Origin: an uncultured delta proteobacterium
Lineage (GTDB): Bacteria > Myxococcota_A > UBA9160 > SMWR01
Direction: 5' to 3'
Assembly (NCBI GenBank): GCA_963832165.1
Contig: CAWHTE010000005.1
Span: forward strand, 32,001 to 96,000
Length of the DNA: 64,000 bases
The translations under genes were made by a program, and so were the position numbers. Position 1 is the first letter of the stretch. Each line of letters starts with the position of its first letter. Positions 55,009 to 64,000 of the stretch are shown here, piece after piece. The notes beneath the pieces were generated by a model. It searched no databases and was not told where the DNA came from. It worked only from the letters and a program-made list of their open reading frames with translations.

Positions 55009-55715
55009 AGGAGCAGCTCGCGCAGATCGCGCAGCGCGCGGTCGAGCCCGACCAGGAGCGAGCGCGTGACTGCGGCGCGGCCCACCGCGACCCGCTCCGC
55101 GGCGGGCGCCGCCTGGATCACCTCGGAGAGCGTGCGGTAGCCGAGCCCCCCTGCGAGCCCGAGCCCGATCTGGAGCTTCGAGGCGAGCCGCGCGGCGTCG
55201 CCGAGCTGCTTGAGCGCGGCACGTCGCTCCACGGGCGGCAGATCCACGATCCCGCCCGTGTAGAGCTCGATCTGGTTGAACCCGTGCGCGTGTGCCGTCT
55301 TCACCGCGTCGAGCGTAGGCGATACGAGCGCGGCCACGGCGATTCCCGCATCCGCGAACGTGCGCAGCATGCTCCCGAGCCCGCCGGCTCCGGTGCGGAA
55401 GTCGAGCGGGGTCGAGGCGCTGCGCCCCTCGCGCCGATCGGAGGCCAGGAGCACCGAGTTGGGCCGCACGTCGAGCGCCACGCGCATGAGCGAGTCGAGC
55501 GGCGGCATGCGCAGCTCGAGCCTGCGCGCCGCGCGCCGCGTGTCGTGCAGGTCCTCCTCGCGCACGGGCTTGAGGTCCGGGTTCACGCCGAGCCTTATGG
55601 CGTCGACCCCCGCGAGCTCCGCGAGCGTCGATGCCGCGGGCAGGTCGACATCGGTTGCGGCCATCGCATCGCGCAGGCTCGGCAGTGCGTCGAGCTCGAG
55701 CGTGAGACTGCGCAT
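55005..55715 (-). CDS. pdxJ: PdxJ (PNP synthase) homologue with degenerate active site
   Basis: 236 aa, syntenic between glmM and nnr; AELAGVDAI, IELYTG, AGGLGY, SLLVGLDRALRD align with PdxJ, but the catalytic motifs are altered. Confidence 0.75.
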   Translation of the reverse strand: MRSLTLELDALPSLRDAMAATDVDLPAASTLAELAGVDAIRLGVNPDLKPVREEDLHDTRRAARRLELRMPPLDSLMRVALDVRPNSVLLASDRREGRSASTPLDFRTGAGGLGSMLRTFADAGIAVAALVSPTLDAVKTAHAHGFNQIELYTGGIVDLPPVERRAALKQLGDAARLASKLQIGLGLAGGLGYRTLSEVIQAAPAAERVAVGRAAVTRSLLVGLDRALRDLRELLL

Positions 55716-57082
55716 CAGGCCGATCCCGCGAGGCTGCGTTGGAGCGCCGCGGCGAGCTCCGCCGCATACCCGCGCACGCGCGTCTCGTCGTCGCCCTCCA
55801 CCATCACGCGCGCCTTGGGCTCGGTGCCGCTGTAGCGCACGAGCACGCGACCATCGGTGCCGAGCTCCTGCTCCACCGCGCGCAGCCGCTTCTGGAACTC
55901 GGGCAGCTCCTCGACCGGGCGCTTGTGCGCGACGGTCACGTTCACGAGCACCTGCGGCACGCGCTCGAAGCCGGCCGCGAGCTGGGAGAGCGGCTGTCCG
56001 GTGCGGCGCATGATCGCGAGCACCTGGAGCGCCGTGAGCAGGCCGTCGCCCGTCGTGTTGTGATCGAGCAGGACGACGTGGCCGGACTGCTCGCCGCCCA
56101 GGTTGTACCCACCCGCGCGCATCGCCTCCACCACGTAGCGATCGCCGACCGCCGTGCGGACGAGGCCGACTCCCTCGCGCGCAAGCGCGCGCTCGAGGCC
56201 GAGGTTGCTCATCACGGTCGACACCACCGATCCACCGCGCAGCACACCGCGCGCACGCGCGTCGCGCGCGAGCAGCGCGAGCAGCGCGTCGCCGTCCACG
56301 GTCTGTCCGCGCTCGTCGAGCATCACGCAGCGGTCGGCGTCGCCGTCGACCGCGACGCCGACGTCGCCGCGCACCTCGTGCAGCTTCGCGCTCGTCCGCT
56401 CCGGGAACAGCGCGCCGCACGCATCGTTGATGTTGCGCCCGTTCGGATCGACGCCGATCGCGACCACCTCTGCACCGAGCTCGCGAAACACGGTCGGCCC
56501 GACCTTGTAGGACGCGCCGTGCGCGCAATCGAGCACGATCCGCACGCCCTCGAGCGACAGCTCGCGCGGAAAGCTCTTCTTGAGGAAGACGACGTAACGC
56601 CCGGCGACGTCGTCGATTCTTCGCGCAGCCCCGATCGCGTCGGCGTCTGCGCGGTGCTTTGCGAGCGCGCCCGAGTGGATCAGCTGCTCCATGTGCAGCT
56701 CGAGCTCGTCGGGCAGCTTGAACCCGTCGCGCGAGAAGAACTTGATGCCGTTGTCCTGGTAGCTGTTGTGGCTCGCGGAGATCATCACGCCCGCGTCGCA
56801 GCGCATGTCCGCGGTCAGGAACGCCATGCCCGGCGTGGGCATCGGGCCCACCTGGAGCACGTCGACGCCCATCGAGCAGATTCCGGCCGCCATCGCGTCT
56901 TCGAACAGGTAGCCCGAAAGGCGCGTGTCCTTGCCGATGATGATCTGGGTGCGTTCGCTGCGCCGGGTCGCGAGCACGTGCGCCACGGCCTGGCCGAGCG
57001 CCAGCGCCATTTCCGCCGTCATCGGGTGCACGTTCGCGCGCCCGCGCACGCCATCCGTGCCGAACAGCCGCTCCTTGCTCAT
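55715..57082 (-). CDS. glmM: Phosphoglucosamine mutase
   Basis: LFGTDGVRG, GKDTRLSG, ISASHN, DGDADR, GGEQSGH, RYSGTEP. Confidence 0.96.
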   Translation of the reverse strand: MSKERLFGTDGVRGRANVHPMTAEMALALGQAVAHVLATRRSERTQIIIGKDTRLSGYLFEDAMAAGICSMGVDVLQVGPMPTPGMAFLTADMRCDAGVMISASHNSYQDNGIKFFSRDGFKLPDELELHMEQLIHSGALAKHRADADAIGAARRIDDVAGRYVVFLKKSFPRELSLEGVRIVLDCAHGASYKVGPTVFRELGAEVVAIGVDPNGRNINDACGALFPERTSAKLHEVRGDVGVAVDGDADRCVMLDERGQTVDGDALLALLARDARARGVLRGGSVVSTVMSNLGLERALAREGVGLVRTAVGDRYVVEAMRAGGYNLGGEQSGHVVLLDHNTTGDGLLTALQVLAIMRRTGQPLSQLAAGFERVPQVLVNVTVAHKRPVEELPEFQKRLRAVEQELGTDGRVLVRYSGTEPKARVMVEGDDETRVRGYAAELAAALQRSLAGSA

Positions 57083-57741
57083 CGCTGGCCCCGCTTTCCC
57101 CGTGCGGGGATCTCATCGACCTGCACGCGCACCTTCACGGGCCGTGCCTCGTCCATCCACACGTGATCGGGCAGCGCGAGCCGCACCTCCCGATCGAGTG
57201 ACTCCCGGACGCCCCGGATCTCGAGCGGCTCCGTGATCGCCTCGCGCATCGACGTCACCTCGCGCCGGTCACCCGTGAGCCAGACGTAGGGCGGGTCTAC
57301 TTCCACCCAGGCCACGTTGTACCCCTCTGCGGGGTCCCCAACGATATCGGCCCGCACGCGGATCGACTTGCGCCCTCGCGGCGCGAACTTGATCTCGATG
57401 CTCGCGGGCGAGCGGGACACGATCCGGGCCCCGTTGGGCAGCTGCTCCTCGATCCGCCCCTGATCGATCTCGTAGACCGCCTCGCCGCGCTGCGCGCCCG
57501 ACACGTCGATCCGGTACTCCATCTTCCCGGGCCCCACGTCGCGCAGCGCCGCGCGGCTCCCGAGCACGCGGATGTTCACGGCGCGCGCGCTCTGGTCTAC
57601 GAGCACGAGGTCTTCGGACACGCCATCGAACACGATCGGAATGTCGACGCCGCGCTCGATGTCCGAGCTGCCGTGGGCCATGCCCCAGAGCACCATCGCG
57701 ATCGCCCACGCGAGCAGGAGCGTTCCGATGCGCAGCGGCAT
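57079..57741 (-). CDS. cdaR: CdaR/YbbR-family diadenylate cyclase regulator
   Basis: N-term TM followed by two beta-rich YbbR-like repeats; located between cdaA and glmM. Confidence 0.85.
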   Translation of the reverse strand: MPLRIGTLLLAWAIAMVLWGMAHGSSDIERGVDIPIVFDGVSEDLVLVDQSARAVNIRVLGSRAALRDVGPGKMEYRIDVSGAQRGEAVYEIDQGRIEEQLPNGARIVSRSPASIEIKFAPRGRKSIRVRADIVGDPAEGYNVAWVEVDPPYVWLTGDRREVTSMREAITEPLEIRGVRESLDREVRLALPDHVWMDEARPVKVRVQVDEIPARGKRGQR

Positions 57742-57751
57742 GGCGCCTGAC

Positions 57752-58654
57752 CTAACCCGCCGCCCGCAGCGAAGAGTCCTGCGCGGGCGGCGCCGCCTCG
57801 TCCGTCACGGCCGGCAGCGGCTCGATCGCGAGCTCGGTGTCGGGGATGTCGCGCAGATCGCGGCGCTCGCCGCTCAGGATGTCGCGCAGCACGGCGCGCA
57901 GGCGCGGCGCGTCGAGCCCCTGGACGAGCGCGCCGGTGAGCGCCACCGACATGCCGCCCGTCTCCTCGGACACGACCACCACGACCGCGTCGGTCTCCTC
58001 CGAGAGCCCGACCGCCGCGCGATGGCGCGTGCCGACGCCGTCCGGCAGATCCTCGCGCATCGTGAGCGGCAGGATGCAGCCCGCGTACGACACGCGGCCG
58101 TTCTGGAGCAACACGGCGCCGTCGTGCAGCGGCGAGTACGGAATGAATACCGAGATGAGCAGGTCCTTGCTGACCGCCGCGTCGAGCTGCGTGCCCGTCT
58201 CGATCTGGTCGACGAGCTGGATCTCGCGCTCGAGCACGATCAGCGCGCCGACCCGCTTGCGCGACAGCTCCTGACACGCGCGCACGACCTCCTCGAGCAT
58301 CTGTGTCTCGCGCTGCAGCACCGCGGACGGGAAGAAGCCACGTCCCACGCGCGCGAGCGCGCGGCGGATGTCGTGCTGGAACAGCACGATCACGATCAAC
58401 ACGCCGTACTGCACGAAGTTCTCGAGCACGGTGCGCAGCGTGACGAGCTGGAAGATCTCGGAGGCCACGCTCGCCGCGTACAGCACGAGCAGGCCCAGCA
58501 GGATCTGGAACGCGCGCGTGCCGCGGATCAGGAGCAGGAGCCAGTAGATCCCGATCGTGACCAGCAGAATGTCGATCACGTCGCGCACGGGATCGAAGTT
58601 CGCGCCGAAGTACTCGAGCAGGTTGCGCAGCAGGTTCCAGACCGTCTCGATCAT
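57752..58654 (-). CDS. cdaA: Diadenylate cyclase CdaA/DacA
   Basis: Three TMs, LFQHDIRRAL, PLHDGA, GTRHRAA, VSEETG. Confidence 0.95.
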   Translation of the reverse strand: MIETVWNLLRNLLEYFGANFDPVRDVIDILLVTIGIYWLLLLIRGTRAFQILLGLLVLYAASVASEIFQLVTLRTVLENFVQYGVLIVIVLFQHDIRRALARVGRGFFPSAVLQRETQMLEEVVRACQELSRKRVGALIVLEREIQLVDQIETGTQLDAAVSKDLLISVFIPYSPLHDGAVLLQNGRVSYAGCILPLTMREDLPDGVGTRHRAAVGLSEETDAVVVVVSEETGGMSVALTGALVQGLDAPRLRAVLRDILSGERRDLRDIPDTELAIEPLPAVTDEAAPPAQDSSLRAAG

Positions 58655-59521
58655 GCGGCGTCTCCGCGCCCAGCCTCATGGACTTGCCGGAGCGCGCGCG
58701 CGACCGCGCACGCGCGCACGGCGCCCGCGACGTCGTGCACTCGCACCGCGTCGGCACCCTCGTAGACCGCGATCGCACACGCGGCGTGGCTCGCGGTGTC
58801 GCGCGCCGCGGCCACGTCCCCCGTGATCCGGCCCAGGAACGACTTGCGCGACGGTCCCACCAGCACCGGCAGGTCGCCGCCCACCGCAGCGCGCAGTGCG
58901 CCGATTCCGACCAGGAGTGCGAGGTTGTCCTCGGGCCGCTTGGCGAAGCCGATGCCGGGGTCGATCACGAGCGCGCGGTCGGCGACTCCGGCCGCGCGCG
59001 CGACCGCGAGCGATTCGCGCAGCTCGGCCGCGACCTCGTCGATCACCGCGTCGTAATGGGGTGCCGCCTGCATCGTCTCGGGCGTGCCGCGCGAATGGCC
59101 GACCACGAGCGTCGCGCCCGCGCGCGCCACCACGCCCGCGATCGCCGGATCGAAGCGCAATCCCGACACGTCGTTGACGATGTGCGCGCCAGCCGCGACC
59201 GCGTCCTCTGCAACGCGCGCCTTGCGCGTGTCGATCGAGAGCGGCACCGCGAAGCGCTTCGCGAACGCCTCGATCAGCGGCACCGTGCGCGCGCACTCGA
59301 GTTCCGCGGGCACCTCGGCCGCGCCCGGGCCGCGTCGATTCGCCGCCCACGTCGAGCACGTCCGCACCGTCGCGGATCAGCGCCGCGGCCAGATCGATCG
59401 CGCGCGGGAGATCGAGCTCGCCCGCGCTGGCTACGAATCGGCCGCCGTCCGAGAACGAGTCCGGCGTGGCGTTCAGTACGCCGATCACCACCGTTCTCGC
59501 GCGGCGGAAGATCGCCGACAT
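58651..59521 (-). CDS. folP: Dihydropteroate synthase (one frameshift near 59330)
   Basis: GVLNATPDSFSDGG, DVGGESTRPG, SIDT, DPGIGFAK, GPSRKSF, RVHDV. Confidence 0.95.
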
Positions 59522-59533
59522 GCGGCGCCCTCC

Positions 59534-61456
<1,923 letters not shown>

Positions 61457-61520
61457 ATAGCTCTCCGTGGCGCGGGCGAAAAAACCGAGTGGTGAATGCA
61501 GCTTAGCAGACGAATTCGCC

Positions 61521-62555
61521 CTATGTCCGCGGGGTCGGGGAATCTCCACCCGTGGGCCCGAGCCGGAACCCCGCGCGATCGCAGCGAAGTTCGAGCCCGC
61601 CGGGCAGCTCGATGTGCCGCCCCGGCGATGCATCGCGCAGGAAGCGCTCGATCCGCTCGAGGTGTACCCGCTCGACGTGCCGTGCGGAGCCCGCGCGTGC
61701 AAGCGCCTCGCGGGCCAGCCGCCTCGACAGCGCCTCGGGCAGCGCACCCCAGTCCTTCGCGTCGATCCGCAGCCACGCTCCCTCGCTCGTGAAGCGCGCG
61801 CCCGCCTCCCGCTCGACCCACGCGCGGATCCACTCCGTATCCCTGCGTTGCGCTTCGGCAAGATCTGCAATCGCCCTGAGCCATTGCGGGTTCAAATCGC
61901 GCGCGAACGAGGGCAGCCAGCTGCGCAGCCGATTGCGCGCGTAATCGGGCGAGGCATTCGAGCGATCCTCGCGCCACGCGAGGCGCCGGGCCGCCGCATA
62001 GTGCTCGAGCTCGGCGCGCGAGAGGCGCAGGAGCGGCCGCACGATCCGGCCGTCGGGCGAGCGATCGGGGATTCCGCCGAGCCCATCCGGCCCCGTGCCG
62101 CGGAACAGGCGCAGCAGCACGGTCTCGGCCTGGTCGTCCGCGTGGTGTGCCGTCGCGATCCGCTGTGCGCCGATCTGCGCCGCCATGCGCTCGAGCGCGG
62201 CGTAGCGCAGCGTGCGCGCGGCCTCCTGGAGCGTCGGTCGGTTCCGACTCGAGACTCCCTCTCGCAACGCGCCCGGCACCACCCGCTCGACCGCAAACGG
62301 CGCGCCCAACTCTTGCGCGAGCGCCGCGACCGCCGCCTCGTCGGCGTCCGCGTCCGCGCCGCGCAAACCGTGGTGCACGTGAGCGATCGCGAGCGCGAAC
62401 CCGCCCCGCGCCGCGATCGTTGCGAGCGCGCACGCCAACACGGTCGAGTCGAGTCCGCCCGACACCGCTGCGAGCACCGTGTGGCCGCGCAGATCGAGGC
62501 GCACCGCCGCCCGCTCGAGCTCGCGCTCGACACGGCGCACGGGGTCTCGCCTCAC
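61521..62555 (-). CDS. tilS: tRNA(Ile)-lysidine synthase
   Basis: [33 protein letters not shown]...RNRLR. Confidence 0.94.
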   Translation of the reverse strand: MRRDPVRRVERELERAAVRLDLRGHTVLAAVSGGLDSTVLACALATIAARGGFALAIAHVHHGLRGADADADEAAVAALAQELGAPFAVERVVPGALREGVSSRNRPTLQEAARTLRYAALERMAAQIGAQRIATAHHADDQAETVLLRLFRGTGPDGLGGIPDRSPDGRIVRPLLRLSRAELEHYAAARRLAWREDRSNASPDYARNRLRSWLPSFARDLNPQWLRAIADLAEAQRRDTEWIRAWVEREAGARFTSEGAWLRIDAKDWGALPEALSRRLAREALARAGSARHVERVHLERIERFLRDASPGRHIELPGGLELRCDRAGFRLGPTGGDSPTPRT

Positions 62556-62562
62556 ACCGCCC

Positions 62563-63423
62563 CTACTTGAGTGCGCTCGCGTCGCCCGCGAGGATGCGCG
62601 TGCCGTCGGTCTTGTCCAGCCACACTTCGCAGTGCACGCGCGTGCGCGTGCCCTCTGCCTGCTCGTCTTTGATCCGGCCGTGCACGTTCACGGTCTCGTC
62701 GACCCAGAGCACGTTGGTGAGCTTCACCGACATGCGCCCGCCGCGCAGCCAACCCTCGCCGAAGTGATCCTGCATGAGCTGCGACACGAAGCAGGTCGAC
62801 ATCATTCCCTGCACCACGATCGTCGGGAAGCCGAGCTTCTTCGCCTGCTCGCGATCGGTGTGATAGTTGCGGCCCGGACCCGAGAACATCCAGCAGCGGC
62901 GCTCGTCGACGGTCTTCTCCAGCGGCGCGAGATCGGGGCCCGTGGCGGTCGGGAACGGCGGCGGCGGCGCCTTCTTCTGCGCGGTCTTCTCGTCGACGAC
63001 GAAGCCGCCCTCGCCCTGGTCCTTCTTGGGCGGCAGGAAGGACTGGTGTGTGTGGCCGCGCACGAGCAGCTCGCCCGTCGCGTCCAGCAATACGTCGGTC
63101 TCGTTCACGATCCACTCGCGCCCGCGGCGCTGGTAGCGCTCGATGATCGTCGAGCGCGTGCGCACGCGCGCTCCGAGCGGGATCGGCGCGAACAGGAACC
63201 AGTCCTGGCGGCCGTGCAGGTTCCCGAACAGGTTCTTCAGGTACCACTCGCCGACGAACTTGTAGCACTCGGAGTGGTAGAGCAGCGGTGGCGCATACTG
63301 CGCCTGCAGCGGATGGTGATCGCCGAGCGCGTCGGCGTAGAAGTCCACCACCCCCTTCTCCGCCTCGTAGACGTTCGATCCGCAGTGGCGGCCCACGTAC
63401 GCGGGTTGTCCGAGCAGGTTCAC
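62563..63423 (-). CDS. Double hot-dog / MaoC-like dehydratase
   Basis: YADALGDHHP in the N-domain; NYHTD...GFPTIVVQGM in the C-domain. Confidence 0.8.
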   Translation of the reverse strand: MNLLGQPAYVGRHCGSNVYEAEKGVVDFYADALGDHHPLQAQYAPPLLYHSECYKFVGEWYLKNLFGNLHGRQDWFLFAPIPLGARVRTRSTIIERYQRRGREWIVNETDVLLDATGELLVRGHTHQSFLPPKKDQGEGGFVVDEKTAQKKAPPPPFPTATGPDLAPLEKTVDERRCWMFSGPGRNYHTDREQAKKLGFPTIVVQGMMSTCFVSQLMQDHFGEGWLRGGRMSVKLTNVLWVDETVNVHGRIKDEQAEGTRTRVHCEVWLDKTDGTRILAGDASALK

Positions 63424-63454
63424 GGCCGCCTCCTCTCTGCTATTTCACCGTCCG

Positions 63455-64000
63455 ATGAGCTCGCCGCTGCACAACGTCGGTGCGTGGACGCTGCGGAGGG
63501 CGCAGATCGGGCCGGATCACCTCGCGGTGGTCGACGCGGATCGTAGCCTCGATTACCGGGCCCTCCACGAGCGCACGGGCCGCTGCGCGGCGCTGCTCGC
63601 CGCGCGCGGGGTCCGCGCGGGCGACCGCGTGGCGCTCCTGCTCGGCAACCGCAGCGCCTACCTCGAGCTCGTGTTCGCGGCCGCACGGATCGGCGCGATC
63701 GCGGTGCCGATCAACGCGCGGCTCACGGCACCCGAGGTGCGCGGATTGCTCGCGGACTGCACTCCCACGCTGCTCGTGCACGAGCACTCGCTCGACGCGC
63801 TCGCGGCCGACGTCGGCGCGCCGCAGCGCCTCGCCTGCCCCGACGCCTACGAAGCCGAGCTCGCCGCGCACGCTCCGCACGAGGCGATCCTGCCCGTCGC
63901 GCCCGATCACCCGATGATCCTCATGTACACATCGGGCACCACGGGCCAGCCCAAGGGCGCGCTGCTGCCGCACCGCAAGACGCTCTACAACAGCCTCAAC
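63455..64000 (+). CDS. Acyl-CoA synthetase / AMP-binding enzyme (partial, runs off the window)
   Basis: GVRAGDRVALL, AVPINARL, MYTSGTTGQPKG. Confidence 0.9.
   Translation, partial: MSSPLHNVGAWTLRRAQIGPDHLAVVDADRSLDYRALHERTGRCAALLAARGVRAGDRVALLLGNRSAYLELVFAAARIGAIAVPINARLTAPEVRGLLADCTPTLLVHEHSLDALAADVGAPQRLACPDAYEAELAAHAPHEAILPVAPDHPMILMYTSGTTGQPKGALLPHRKTLYNSLN

Overview
High-GC (roughly 70% by eye) chromosomal segment, most consistent with a Myxococcota/deltaproteobacterial genome (MglA-type GTPase, DUF4388 protein, tilS-ftsH-folP-cdaA-cdaR-glmM-pdxJ-nnr-tsaE-lysC and iscS-mnmA-rnc-era gene orders). About 53 genes, mostly on the minus strand. Housekeeping blocks flank three accessory blocks: a copper-resistance cluster (P1B ATPase, TolC/CusB/CusA, and a decayed multicopper-oxidase fragment), two B12-dependent acyl-CoA mutase systems (MCM+MeaB and IcmF with a MerR regulator), and a PLD/YbhP/YbhN-like lipid operon, plus three GT-C-like membrane glycosyltransferases. 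Scattered single-base frameshifts in guaB, folP, cusA, the P-type ATPase, icmF and others are most likely long-read indel errors. The most interesting observations are: (1) an unannotated ~135-nt structured sRNA candidate with its own sigma70-like promoter and terminator (6699-6833); (2) a coupled two-gene signalling module built largely of degenerate domains (REC-GAF-dead GGDEF, and pseudo-REC-DUF4388-pseudo-GTPase) between miaB and guaB; (3) an intact serine-recombinase homologue lacking its catalytic residues, divergent from merR-icmF; (4) a full-length PdxJ homologue in its usual locus that has lost nearly all active-site motifs; (5) a small secreted protein with mirror-symmetric Cys spacing inserted inside a MoxR-VWA pair; (6) a nested in-frame beta-subunit start in lysC. 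No rRNA, tRNA, CRISPR array or intact mobile element was seen. All family assignments come from motif recognition by eye, not from database searches.
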